The translations under genes and the position numbers were made by a program. A stretch of 31,321 bases of DNA. Source: a virus. Shown one piece after another: positions 7,115 through 16,723 of the stretch. The notes below the pieces were generated by a model. It ran no database searches. It was not told the origin of the DNA and saw only the letters and a program-made list of their open reading frames with translations. Positions within the stretch are counted from its first letter, which is position 1. Each line of letters starts with the position of its first letter. The DNA lies in IMG/VR virus record IMGVR_UViG_3300044448_003259. One strand, written 5' to 3'.

Positions 7115-10100
7115 TGGATATAAGATTGTTGGCATATAGAAGAAACACAACCTCAGAGGGAACTTATGATTTAACTCAATTTGAATTAGATTTACAAAAA
7201 GCCCCTAATGTAGTAGCTAATTATAATTGGATAAATTTAAAGGAGCCTGATAAAAGAAAATCTAGTTTTAGTCAAACACTTAAACTGCCTTTTTCCAATA
7301 GAAACAATAAGTTTTTTGAAAATTACTTTGATGTTAATTTAGATACTTTAGTATATAATGCTAAAATAAAATTTAACGCTATTCTTTATGTGGATAGTGT
7401 TCCTCAATTAAAAGGCTTTATACAGCTTAAAGCTGTTTATTTAAACGCTAGGGTTTATCAGGTTGTTTTATTTGGAGCAACAGCAGACTTTTTTACTGAT
7501 ATTAAGTCAGCTAAATTAAAGGACGCTTTTAAAACTACTAGCAACACGGATCCTGATGTTCAATTAATAGACGGACAGCTAGACCATTTTTTAACTCCTG
7601 CTAATATAGTTAAAAGCTGGACATCAGGGGTAACATTAGCAGGTGGTGGTAGTGATGATGACATACTATACCCTATTATAGATTATGGACATACTTCTGT
7701 TCCTTATTCAAGTGCTATGTTTTGGACTCCTGATGATTTATACCCTACAGGAATAGGTGCCCCTACAGATAGTGCAGATTTTTATGGAGCTGTTAGGGCA
7801 GGAGATTTAAAACCTGCAATAAGAATACAAAGATTAGTTCATATAATAGCACAAAAAGCAGGCTATCAAATTAAAAGTGCTTTTATGGGTATTGATGATA
7901 CAGCAGAAACTCCAATAACAGACACTCAATTCTTTAGTAGGTTGTTTATGACCTTAGCTAATCAATTTCAAAGAGTTCAAACCTTATTTAATTCTGTTGA
8001 GGGTAGTCAAGTTCCTTTTGTTGGATTTAGCACTTCTTTAAGTGTGTTTACCTATCCTACTTCTATGCCTTGTGTTTTGTTAGCAAATGATCCACCGTTT
8101 CCTGACAATCTTCCTTATACTAACTTTAATGAATTGTGCTACCCTAATTTAGCAACATTTACTACTGCCTATGATCCTAATAATTTATTTACAGTAGCAA
8201 CAAATGATCCTGCTGATTCTTTTGGTCCACTTGGTTATCGACCTAGAGTTACTTTTCCTGCAGATTTTGACGGAGATGATGTTACGCTAAGTGAGGGTGA
8301 CTTTCCTGTAAAAGTAACAGCAACAATACAAATACCTGAGCAAACTGTTCAAGGAACTGATTTAGGTTTTTGTTATGTTATGATAGGCTGGGACGAGGGT
8401 GGAATTGCTAGTGGTTATGGAAACACAGATTATCAAGATTTTCTTTTAAACCCAGGCACTCATACTGTAGAATGGACTTATAATATGAATTGCACACCTA
8501 ACAATATCTATGAAATGTTTATAGAGCTTGAAGCTAATGACACAAACCAATCTAGTGTTCCTGATAACAATACTTGGCAGCCTAGGGTTACAGCTTTAAG
8601 TATAGAATCGGTAAATGGTGGGGTAAATACTTTAATGGGTGGTGGTGAAAATGGTTTAGTTTCGATTCATCACAATTTACCTGATATGACACAATCTGAT
8701 TTTATAAGAGATTTAGTAAACAGGTTTAATTTAGTTATTCAAACAGACGCAGACAATGAAAAGTTATTACTAATAGAGCCTTATCAAGATTTTATAGACG
8801 CTGGGAGTATTCAGTATTGGACAGATAAATTAGATATTTCTAAAGAGGTGGTTATAAAGTCCACTAACGAATTACAATCTAAAACTTTAAAATTTAGTGA
8901 TTTGTTAGACAAAGATATTTTAAACGAAAGATATAATAAGCTCTATGATGTGGTTTATGGACAATATGAAAAGCTACAATTATCAGATTTTGCAAAAAAG
9001 GACTTTAAAAACTTTAGTGTGTTTTCTCCTTTTATTGCACAAGGAATACCCTATTGGACTAATGGTGGAATAAATGGAGCTATACCCTCTGCTGATGTTG
9101 CGTTAGCTTATTTATTTAAAGCAGAAGTAGGGCAACAAGCTACAGCTACAGACCTTAAGCCTAAAATGTTTTATTATAGTGGAACTCCTATAAATGTGCA
9201 AGGATCAAACCCTAACACAAGTAATAATTATAGCTTTCATATATACTCAAATGGATATTTAACAAATAATGACGCACACCCCTCAGATGACAACAACGGA
9301 TCTGCAAATAAGTTTCCTTTATGTACACAATACAATTTAGACAATTTATCTACAGGAGTAACATCAGCAACAAAGGTTTTAAATTGGACTTATTACGGAA
9401 ACAATTTTACTACAGGATTTACTTTTAATTTCTTTGGAGATGTTTATACAGACCACGGTTTTTATCACGACTATTGGGCTCAATATATAAATGAGATATA
9501 TAGTGATGAGGCTAGAATAATGGAGTGCTATTTGAATTTAACACCTGAAGATATAAGGACTTTTTCAGGTAATGGCTTTCAAAATACATACTTTATTAAA
9601 AATACTTTGTGGAGAATTATTAGTATAAGTAATTATGCTGTTGGTAAAAACAAATCAACAAAAGTAGTTTTATTAAAGGTGTTGCAAAAGTTAAGTAATG
9701 ATTGTGGTAATATTCCTACTATTAGTCAAACAGGACAAATAACTTGGGTTGACGCTGGTACAGGTGCCTCGGTTGCAAGTGTTACTAATTCTTGTTGTGA
9801 GGAGCAAAACGAAAATTGGACTTTTGTTCAAACTAATGCGACTACAGGTGTAGGACAATGTTATGCTATTGGTGGGGATAGTGGAGATACAACTTTAGTA
9901 GATTTAGTTTCTACAGAGGGGGAGATTATAATAGGCACAGATGAAACATTTACAGGTGGCGATGGTAATGGAGATACATCAGGTATGAATATGTCTATGC
10001 TGCCGACAATACAAAACAATTTCGGAATACAAACATCTCAAGGACAAGGTAAATCTTTAACTTATTTTTGTGAATGTACTACCTATGATAATTCTACACC

Positions 10101-10536
10101 AGTTAAAGTTTCTTTTAAAGGATATGATTCTAATATTTTAACCTTTCCGTCTTTTACTATGAACTATATCACTGTAAAATTATATGGTACTGTGATGTCA
10201 GGAGCTAATAATAGAGATGTTGGTTATTTTGAGTATGATACAATTATAACAAAAAGAGGCGACACTAATGATTATGTAGGAAGTTCAGGGGGAACATTTT
10301 TAAAGCAAAATAAAGATACAAGCTTTAGTGCCCCAACGGTAGATATAACAAATTTTGACGGACAGAATTGGTCGCCTATTATAAGGGGTGGGGCTGACGA
10401 GGACGTTTTTTGGGTAGCAGAAGTTAAAATTACTAGCACACCTGTAAATATACCAACTTTAAGAAGAAGGGCAGCTATTTATCAAAACGCAGATGATATA
10501 TTAACGCAGGATCTAAATTATTTATTATGGAATTAG
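7114..10536 (+). CDS. Large tail protein (tail tip / host-recognition candidate)
   Basis: Largest ORF (1140 aa), Gly/Thr/Asn-rich, with a Cys-containing C-terminal third. Its size and position among tail genes suggest the role. Confidence 0.5.
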   Translation: MDIRLLAYRRNTTSEGTYDLTQFELDLQKAPNVVANYNWINLKEPDKRKSSFSQTLKLPFSNRNNKFFENYFDVNLDTLVYNAKIKFNAILYVDSVPQLKGFIQLKAVYLNARVYQVVLFGATADFFTDIKSAKLKDAFKTTSNTDPDVQLIDGQLDHFLTPANIVKSWTSGVTLAGGGSDDDILYPIIDYGHTSVPYSSAMFWTPDDLYPTGIGAPTDSADFYGAVRAGDLKPAIRIQRLVHIIAQKAGYQIKSAFMGIDDTAETPITDTQFFSRLFMTLANQFQRVQTLFNSVEGSQVPFVGFSTSLSVFTYPTSMPCVLLANDPPFPDNLPYTNFNELCYPNLATFTTAYDPNNLFTVATNDPADSFGPLGYRPRVTFPADFDGDDVTLSEGDFPVKVTATIQIPEQTVQGTDLGFCYVMIGWDEGGIASGYGNTDYQDFLLNPGTHTVEWTYNMNCTPNNIYEMFIELEANDTNQSSVPDNNTWQPRVTALSIESVNGGVNTLMGGGENGLVSIHHNLPDMTQSDFIRDLVNRFNLVIQTDADNEKLLLIEPYQDFIDAGSIQYWTDKLDISKEVVIKSTNELQSKTLKFSDLLDKDILNERYNKLYDVVYGQYEKLQLSDFAKKDFKNFSVFSPFIAQGIPYWTNGGINGAIPSADVALAYLFKAEVGQQATATDLKPKMFYYSGTPINVQGSNPNTSNNYSFHIYSNGYLTNNDAHPSDDNNGSANKFPLCTQYNLDNLSTGVTSATKVLNWTYYGNNFTTGFTFNFFGDVYTDHGFYHDYWAQYINEIYSDEARIMECYLNLTPEDIRTFSGNGFQNTYFIKNTLWRIISISNYAVGKNKSTKVVLLKVLQKLSNDCGNIPTISQTGQITWVDAGTGASVASVTNSCCEEQNENWTFVQTNATTGVGQCYAIGGDSGDTTLVDLVSTEGEIIIGTDETFTGGDGNGDTSGMNMSMLPTIQNNFGIQTSQGQGKSLTYFCECTTYDNSTPVKVSFKGYDSNILTFPSFTMNYITVKLYGTVMSGANNRDVGYFEYDTIITKRGDTNDYVGSSGGTFLKQNKDTSFSAPTVDITNFDGQNWSPIIRGGADEDVFWVAEVKITSTPVNIPTLRRRAAIYQNADDILTQDLNYLLWN

Positions 10537-10709
10537 AATATAAAATAAAAATATTAGGCTATTTTTTTTCAACAGTTTTAACAGAAGTAACTGATAAAGA
10601 ATTTAAAGAAAAAGAGTGGGATTTTGTTTATGGAGAAAACGAATTAACTAAAGATTATAAAAAGGTTATAAAACAATTTAAGAGATATGTCAGACACAAA
10701 GAAATTTAA
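10527..10709 (+). CDS. Small hypothetical protein
   Basis: 60-aa ORF bridging two large genes, overlapping both ends. Plausible composition, no motif. Confidence 0.4.
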   Translation: MELEYKIKILGYFFSTVLTEVTDKEFKEKEWDFVYGENELTKDYKKVIKQFKRYVRHKEI

Positions 10710-12723
10710 AATAGTTGTAGATTCTAAAGGAGCTGAAAAGGGTTTAAAGAAAACCTCAAAAGGTCTTAAAGATGTAGGTAAATCTAGTAAGGCTTCATCT
10801 AAAGGTTTTAAGATGATGGGTACTGCTATGAAAGCTATGGGTATAGGGTTAATTATTGCAGTGGTTGCGAAATTGACAGAAATGATGATGAAAAACCAAA
10901 AAGTTCAAGATCTAGTGGCTAGGGTAATGGACACTCTTGGGAAAGTGATGAATGTTGTAATTGACATAATGTTTGAAGCCCTAAAGGTTATAGATAAGCT
11001 AACTTTTGGTATGCTTAATTTATCAGGTGAAGCAGATGGAGCCACTAAATCACTTCAAAAACAAAGAAATGAATACGAGTTACTTGAAGCTGGTATGGAG
11101 AAAATTAAACTCCAATATGAAACTCAAATTGAAAAGCTACGACAAATAAGGGACAATGAAAGCTTGACAATGGAAGAAAGGATCGCTGCCTCTGACGCAA
11201 TAGCCAAAACCCTAGATCAGCAATACGCTACAGAAAGAGCAAGGATTTTAGAGATGATTCAGGTTAAAAAGAATCTTTTAAAAGCAGATAGACATAATAT
11301 AGAACTAAAGAAAGAGTTGTTAGCAGTTGAAACAATGCTGGCAGAACTTGACAATAGAATAACAAGCCAAAGATCAGAACAATTACAATCTTTTAATTCA
11401 CTAAAAAGCTCACAAGTAAAATTATCCACAAGCTCAAGTAAGGCTATTAAAGAAGAAGTAAAGAGTGTTGAGGCTATGATCCTAGCTTTAGATAAATATG
11501 GTGGTAAGATAGTTTTATCAGAAGAAGAAAAACACAAGGAAACTCTTGTCAATATGGAAAAAGAGTTTTGGGATAATATATTAGCAATAAGAGAAAACCA
11601 ATCTAAAGCAGACAAAAAGAAACAAAAAACAGAATTTGATAGAGATTTAAAAAACGAAAAAAAGACATTAAACAAGCAAAAGGAAAGTTTAGAAGAATGG
11701 TATAGATATTTAAAAAATGCTAGAAATGAGGAAGATCAAGCTACTGCTAGAGATAATATAAGAAAATACAAACAAACTATTGAAGCACAAGAGGAAGTAG
11801 TAAGGATTCTTCGTGAAGCAAGAGAAACTACTATTAGAAACAATAGTGCTTATAGTGAAGATGAGGTAAATTTAATTGAAGCCTATAATAAAAAGAAAGA
11901 GCAAATAATAAAAGACTATAACGATAAGGTTAAAGCTGATGCTGAAAAAGAACAACAACGAATAAATGATATAAATAAACAGGCTTTAAATATAGCCGAA
12001 GAAGATTTACGAAGTGCAAAAAGTAAAGAGCTTCAAGCTATACAAGATAAATACCAAAAGATATTAGCACAAGAAGAATTAGGGGAAATAGAAAGATTTG
12101 AAATACAAGAAAGGTGGAAAAGAGATAAGGCAGCCTTGGATCAAAAATATAAGGATATAGAGGAAGCAAAAGAAAAAGAAAAAAGAGATTTCTTTATAGA
12201 TAGTGCTGTTCAATTAGCACAAAGTTTAACTCAAATTTCAGCAGCAAGAGCAAACAATCAAATAGCTAATTTAGAAAAAGAGTTTAAAGAGGGTATAATA
12301 TCAGAAGAACAATTTAATAAGCGTAAAAATAAAATTGAAGAACAACAAGCTAAAAAAGAAAAGGCAGCAGCTTTGTTACAAATTGGAGTAGATACTGCAA
12401 GGGGTATTTCAGCAGCAGTACAGGCAGGGGCAGGTATTCCTTTTCCAGGTAATTTAGCAGCAATAGCGACAGGGGTTTTAGCAGTTGTAGGTGGTATTGC
12501 TCAAGCTTCTGCAATATTAGGGCAAACACCTGAAGGAATTGATACTGATACAGAAGAAGCAGGATTCGATGATGAGTTTGAGGGGGGACAAGCACAAGTG
12601 CCCTCTGTTACCTTTGGGGCAGCAGGGGCAGACGCTCCACCTGTTCAGGCTTTTGTAGTTGAAAGTGATGTTAGTGGTAGTCAGGCTTTAGCAGAAGATT
12701 TAGAGCTACAAGCAACCTTATAA
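10687..12723 (+). CDS. Tape-measure-like protein
   Basis: N-terminal basic segment followed by a hydrophobic helix (GIGLIIAVVAKL). Long K/E-rich predicted coiled coil. C-terminal Gly/Ala-rich hydrophobic stretch (GISAAVQAGAGIPFPGNLAAIATGVLAVVGGIAQASAILG). Confidence 0.55.
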   Translation: MSDTKKFKIVVDSKGAEKGLKKTSKGLKDVGKSSKASSKGFKMMGTAMKAMGIGLIIAVVAKLTEMMMKNQKVQDLVARVMDTLGKVMNVVIDIMFEALKVIDKLTFGMLNLSGEADGATKSLQKQRNEYELLEAGMEKIKLQYETQIEKLRQIRDNESLTMEERIAASDAIAKTLDQQYATERARILEMIQVKKNLLKADRHNIELKKELLAVETMLAELDNRITSQRSEQLQSFNSLKSSQVKLSTSSSKAIKEEVKSVEAMILALDKYGGKIVLSEEEKHKETLVNMEKEFWDNILAIRENQSKADKKKQKTEFDRDLKNEKKTLNKQKESLEEWYRYLKNARNEEDQATARDNIRKYKQTIEAQEEVVRILREARETTIRNNSAYSEDEVNLIEAYNKKKEQIIKDYNDKVKADAEKEQQRINDINKQALNIAEEDLRSAKSKELQAIQDKYQKILAQEELGEIERFEIQERWKRDKAALDQKYKDIEEAKEKEKRDFFIDSAVQLAQSLTQISAARANNQIANLEKEFKEGIISEEQFNKRKNKIEEQQAKKEKAAALLQIGVDTARGISAAVQAGAGIPFPGNLAAIATGVLAVVGGIAQASAILGQTPEGIDTDTEEAGFDDEFEGGQAQVPSVTFGAAGADAPPVQAFVVESDVSGSQALAEDLELQATL

Positions 12724-12750
12724 ACAAATTTTAATTAATTATATTTATTA
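12719..12750 (+). promoter_or_regulatory. Bipartite promoter-like motif, copy D: TATAAACAAAT-N11-ATATTTATTA
   Basis: Same spacing as the other copies, more degenerate upstream box (AACAA core kept). Ends 2 nt before the ATG at 12753. Confidence 0.4.
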
Positions 12751-12752
12751 GT

Positions 12753-13766
12753 ATGGGAAAAGAAAAAATTAAAAAAGTAGAACTAATAATAGATGAAGAA
12801 GAAGAAAGATTTGGTGTAGAAGCTATTAGTTTAGTAGAGTTTCCAGCAATAGAAGAAAATTGGGTTTTCTTTAATAAGGATCAATTTTTAACTTTAGCTA
12901 AATTAGATGAAGAACAAAAAACATTAGTAGGAGCAGTATTAATTCCTAATAAAGAGATTCCTAGATACGATCAAGAAAAAGATGAGAAGTTTGTAGTATT
13001 CTTTACAGAAGATACTATTAAACAAGCACAAGAGCTATTTATGTCAAGTTTAAGAAACAATAACGCTACCTATGAACACAAGGTGCCTGTAGAGGGTATT
13101 ACGGTTGTAGAAAGTTGGATAAAGGAAGATAAGAAAAACGACAAATCTAATTCTTTTGGTTTTAATAAACTACCTATTGGAACTTGGTTTGTAAAAATGA
13201 AAGTTAATAATGACGATATATGGAATAGTGTAAAAGAGGGTAAGGTAAGAGGATTTAGTATTGAGGGGTATTTTACAGACAAATTAATCGAAGCTTCAAA
13301 ACCTAAAGATATTATAGATTTAGCAGAAGATTGTATTGATTGTCCTGATGAGGTTACATTAGGAAAAATTAGAGATTTAATACTAGAAAATGAATTAGCT
13401 GTTGTGGGGGCTTTAGACGGAGAGCCTTTATTTGCTACTAAAGAAGAAGCTAAAATTTATGCAGAAATGTTTAAGGGTTGCGAGGGCTTTCATACTCATA
13501 ATGTAGATGGAGTAATTAGGTATATGGCTTGTGAAACACACGAAGCTGGAACAAAAAAAGAGTATATTGAAGATGAATTTGGTAAAAAGAAAAAGAAATA
13601 TACTAGAAAACATAAGTATATTGAGTATGTTAGCTTTGCTAATAGACAAGCTTTAGCTAAATATCCTTGGGAACAATGTATTAAGGATATGGTAAAAGAA
13701 TATGGCAACAAAGAAACTGCTGCAAAAGTATGTTCAGCCATTAAAAATAGGACAGCAAAACGCTGA
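12753..13766 (+). CDS. Putative prohead protease (XkdF-like) / head maturation protein
   Basis: EAISLVEFPAIEENWVFF...GAVLIPNKEIPRYD...FVVFFTEDTIKQAQELFM...YEHK resembles the XkdF-type domain. Lies directly upstream of the scaffold and capsid genes. Confidence 0.5.
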   Translation: MGKEKIKKVELIIDEEEERFGVEAISLVEFPAIEENWVFFNKDQFLTLAKLDEEQKTLVGAVLIPNKEIPRYDQEKDEKFVVFFTEDTIKQAQELFMSSLRNNNATYEHKVPVEGITVVESWIKEDKKNDKSNSFGFNKLPIGTWFVKMKVNNDDIWNSVKEGKVRGFSIEGYFTDKLIEASKPKDIIDLAEDCIDCPDEVTLGKIRDLILENELAVVGALDGEPLFATKEEAKIYAEMFKGCEGFHTHNVDGVIRYMACETHEAGTKKEYIEDEFGKKKKKYTRKHKYIEYVSFANRQALAKYPWEQCIKDMVKEYGNKETAAKVCSAIKNRTAKR

Positions 13767-13769
13767 GCC

Positions 13770-13801
13770 TGTGAACAATAATTTAAGTTTAATATTTATA
13801 A
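13770..13801 (+). promoter_or_regulatory. Bipartite promoter-like motif, copy A: TGTGAACAATA-N11-ATATTTATAA
   Basis: Both boxes identical to copy B (16325). Lies in the intergenic gap before the scaffold/capsid genes. Confidence 0.55.
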
Positions 13802-13816
13802 AAAAAGAATAACACA

Positions 13817-14524
13817 ATGGCAAGTACACTAGAAAAAATCAAAACGCTTTTATCAAAAAGCAAAGAAACAAAAATGTATGCTGAAATGATACTAGATGAC
13901 GGTAGGGTATTGGCAACCGAAGATGAGCAGTTTATGATAGGCTCTGTTGTAATGGTTGTTGGTGATGACGGAGCAACAGAAAAATTACCAGCAGGATCCT
14001 ACACAATGTCTGACGGAGCTAAAATAACAATAGATGAAAATTCTAAAATTGTTGATTTAGGAGAAGAAAAAGAAGCAGAGGGTGTAGAAAAACCTGAAGA
14101 AATGCAAGAAGAAGATGAGGAGAAAGAAGAAGAAACAAAAGCAGAGGAAGAAGAAATAGATGAAGAAAAATTAGCTAAAGCAATAGATGAAGCTACTCCT
14201 GATAGTGTAGATAAAAAGAAAGCTAAAGATATGGCTAAAAGAGTAAAGGAATATGCCGAAGAAGAAGAAAAAGAAGAAGAAAAGGTAGAAGCAAGTAAAG
14301 AAGAAGAAAAAGATAAAGAGGAAGTAGTAGAAATGTCTAAAGATTTAATTACAAGTTTAGTTGAAGAAGTAGAACACTTAAAATCTAAAGTTGTTGAGCT
14401 AGAAAAAGTACCAGGATCAAAAGGCTTTACTCACAACCCTGAAAACAATACTAAATCGGAAAAACCGAATTTAGCTAATATGACAGCACAAGAAAGAGCT
14501 GCATTTTACATTAACAATAAATAA
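13817..14524 (+). CDS. Scaffolding protein
   Basis: Extremely acidic E/K-rich helical low-complexity centre. Lies immediately upstream of the major capsid gene. Confidence 0.6.
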   Translation: MASTLEKIKTLLSKSKETKMYAEMILDDGRVLATEDEQFMIGSVVMVVGDDGATEKLPAGSYTMSDGAKITIDENSKIVDLGEEKEAEGVEKPEEMQEEDEEKEEETKAEEEEIDEEKLAKAIDEATPDSVDKKKAKDMAKRVKEYAEEEEKEEEKVEASKEEEKDKEEVVEMSKDLITSLVEEVEHLKSKVVELEKVPGSKGFTHNPENNTKSEKPNLANMTAQERAAFYINNK

Positions 14525-14532
14525 TTTTAAAA

Positions 14533-15522
14533 ATGGCAAACAAAATTCAATTATCAAAATATCACGAATTTGATATTACAGTAAATAGTGATACCTATGC
14601 AGGTGTTCACGCCCTGCCTTATGTAACGGCTGCTTTAAGAAGTCCTGATACAATAGCTAAAGGGTATGTTAGAACAATAGACGGTTTAAACAAATCAGCA
14701 GTAATTAGTAATGTTGCAGCTTCAAACTTAATTGTAGCAGCAGATGAATGTGGCTTCGTTTCAGGTGGTAACACTTCAACATCAGAGCAAATTCTAACGC
14801 TTACTGATTTAAAAGTAAACGAAGAAATATGTCGTCAAACTGTATTTCCAACGTGGATGGGACAGGGAATGGACAGAAACGGAAATTTACCTCAATCTTT
14901 TGGAGATTTCTTATTACAAGTTGTTGCAGCAAAAGCAGCAGCTCAATTAGAAATAGGAATTTGGCAAGGTAACTCTCCTTTTGGAACAGGCTTCTTATCT
15001 AATGACGGAACGCAAGATGAAGCAGGAGCAGACGCAAGTGCTTGTAAAGATTTTACAGAAGTAACTTTTGCTAACCCTTTAGATAACGGAGATATATTAG
15101 CAGGTATGAACGCTGTTTATGACGCTGCAGCTTCTGATATTTCAGGAATATTAACTAAGCCAGGTGTTGGATTCTATATGAACAATAAAACTTACGGTTT
15201 CTATATTCAGGCTCTAGCAGCAGCAGGATCTAATCAAGGTCAAATTTCAGGTTTAGGTTTTGACGCAAAATCTGATACTGCTACATTTTTCGGTTATCCG
15301 ATTTACAGATGTCCGGGAATGATGAATGATGTAATATTATTTACTTATCCTGATAATCTAGTATTTGGAACTAACGCAGCTACGGATTGGACTGAAGCAA
15401 GATTAATTCCAGCTTATGAGTATACAGGGGGAGATGAAGTTCGTATCGCTATGAACTTTGCTGTAGGAGTACAAACTGCTGTAGCAACTGATGGTGTTTA
15501 CGGAAGCACTGTTTGGACATAG
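14533..15522 (+). CDS. Major capsid protein
   Basis: 329 aa, Ala/Gly/Thr-rich. Follows the protease and scaffold genes and is followed by the strongest intrinsic terminator in the window. Confidence 0.7.
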   Translation: MANKIQLSKYHEFDITVNSDTYAGVHALPYVTAALRSPDTIAKGYVRTIDGLNKSAVISNVAASNLIVAADECGFVSGGNTSTSEQILTLTDLKVNEEICRQTVFPTWMGQGMDRNGNLPQSFGDFLLQVVAAKAAAQLEIGIWQGNSPFGTGFLSNDGTQDEAGADASACKDFTEVTFANPLDNGDILAGMNAVYDAAASDISGILTKPGVGFYMNNKTYGFYIQALAAAGSNQGQISGLGFDAKSDTATFFGYPIYRCPGMMNDVILFTYPDNLVFGTNAATDWTEARLIPAYEYTGGDEVRIAMNFAVGVQTAVATDGVYGSTVWT

Positions 15523-15536
15523 TAGATAGATAAATT

Positions 15537-15565
15537 AGGGGTGTGAAATACCACCCCTTTTTTTT
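15537..15565 (+). terminator. Rho-independent terminator after the capsid gene
   Basis: AGGGGTG (15537-15543) pairs with CACCCCT (15552-15558) around an 8-nt loop, followed by a run of T. Confidence 0.85.
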
Positions 15566-15598
15566 AAAAGGAAATATTAATATATAAAATAAAAAAAA

Positions 15599-16210
15599 AT
15601 GGCTTGTACTTTAACAAAAGGACTAACGGTTGATTGTAAGGATCAGATAGGTGGCTTGAAAGCAATATTTATAGTTTCTACATACTCTCCTGAAATCCGT
15701 AGTGCTGCTACCTTTAATGGTACTGATGTACTACAAATGGACACAGCAGGTTTCACAGGTTGGTCGGCTTATGGAACACCAACATCTTCAACGGTTACGG
15801 TTTTCAAATATGCTTTAAGACCTAATTTATCTTCTATGACGGTAAATATAAACTCTGATCCTGCGACAGGAACAACTTGGTTTGAACAAACTTTATCTTT
15901 ACAATTACAAAAACTAACTGTAGCTCAAACTAATGAGCTTAAATTAATTTCTTACAATAGAAGTCAGGTTTTTGTTCAAGATGTAAATGACAATGTGTTC
16001 TTATTAGGAATGGATAATGGAGTTGATGTTTCAGGTGGTACTGCTGTAACAGGAGCAGCCAAATCTGATATGACAGGATATACTTTAGAAATGAGAGCAG
16101 AAGAAAAAGACCCTATGATTTGGATAAAAGCAACTTCAGGTGGTGGAACTGATTATCCGTTTGACCAGCTGGGCGACGCAGACGCAGATTTAACTATTGT
16201 AGCTTCTTAA
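15599..16210 (+). CDS. Putative major tail (tube) protein
   Basis: 203 aa, Thr/Gly-rich, bracketed by two terminators (high-expression unit). QVFVQDVNDNVFLLGMDNGVDVSGGTAVTGAAKSDMTGYTLEM resembles siphovirus tail-tube patterns. Confidence 0.5.
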   Translation: MACTLTKGLTVDCKDQIGGLKAIFIVSTYSPEIRSAATFNGTDVLQMDTAGFTGWSAYGTPTSSTVTVFKYALRPNLSSMTVNINSDPATGTTWFEQTLSLQLQKLTVAQTNELKLISYNRSQVFVQDVNDNVFLLGMDNGVDVSGGTAVTGAAKSDMTGYTLEMRAEEKDPMIWIKATSGGGTDYPFDQLGDADADLTIVAS

Positions 16211-16234
16211 TCAATAATCGTTACTCAATACTAA

Positions 16235-16265
16235 AAGGGTTATCTTAATGGATAGCCCTTTTTTA
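16235..16265 (+). terminator. Rho-independent terminator
   Basis: AAGGGTTATC (16235-16244) pairs with GATAGCCCTT (16251-16260), with one G-U pair and a 6-nt loop, followed by a T-run. Confidence 0.75.
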
Positions 16266-16324
16266 TTAAATAAACTTTACAATTATTATGCTATTATAAA
16301 AAAAACTTTATAAAGCGTACAAGT

Positions 16325-16356
16325 TGTGAACAATATTACTATTTTTATATTTATAA
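16325..16356 (+). promoter_or_regulatory. Bipartite promoter-like motif, copy B: TGTGAACAATA-N11-ATATTTATAA
   Basis: Lies in the intergenic gap downstream of the terminator, 12 nt before the ATG at 16369. Confidence 0.55.
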
Positions 16357-16368
16357 TAAACTAGAACT

Positions 16369-16587
16369 ATGGCTTGGAAAGTTAAAAAAGAATACGAGGG
16401 AAAAACAGTACCTAATTTTAGAATACCTTTAAATGAATTATCACAAAAGCTTATTGAGGGATTGTCAGAAAGTGTTAGAAATGGTTATTTTGAGCAAGAT
16501 ACCCCTAAACCAAAAAAGAAAGTAAAAACAAAAGAAGTTAATATTGAAGAAGATTTAGATTTTATAGGGGGTAACAATGGCGAGTAA
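16369..16587 (+). CDS. Small hypothetical protein
   Basis: 72-aa ORF that follows promoter-like motif B. Confidence 0.5.
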   Translation: MAWKVKKEYEGKTVPNFRIPLNELSQKLIEGLSESVRNGYFEQDTPKPKKKVKTKEVNIEEDLDFIGGNNGE

Positions 16588-16723
16588 TAAAAAAGGTATA
16601 GAGCCAAATATGGAGCTTCTTAAAGAATTTAACGAAAAGTACGATAAGGCTGAAAGCACAGAAGATAAATTAAAGCTAGAAGAAGAATATTTAAAACAAA
16701 TTTATAAATATGGGAGTATATAA
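16577..16723 (+). CDS. Small hypothetical protein (48 aa, below the ORF-track cutoff)
   Basis: My translation: MASNKKGIEPNMELLKEFNEKYDKAESTEDKLKLEEEYLKQIYKYGSI*. It fills the gap and overlaps both neighbours. Confidence 0.4.
   Translation: MASNKKGIEPNMELLKEFNEKYDKAESTEDKLKLEEEYLKQIYKYGSI

Noticed and set aside
14080-14340. GAA/GAG-rich repetitive tract that could be a tandem repeat or array
   Set aside because: It stays in frame inside the scaffold gene and encodes an E/K-rich low-complexity segment. There is no regular repeat-spacer structure.
16369-16723. Overlapping 72-aa and 48-aa ORFs right after the putative tail-tube gene, as a G/GT-type frameshift chaperone pair
   Set aside because: The second ORF has its own ATG and lies in the +1 frame, not the -1 frame. 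I found no slippery heptamer in the 11-nt overlap. Both are much shorter than known chaperones, and the tape-measure-like gene is not downstream.
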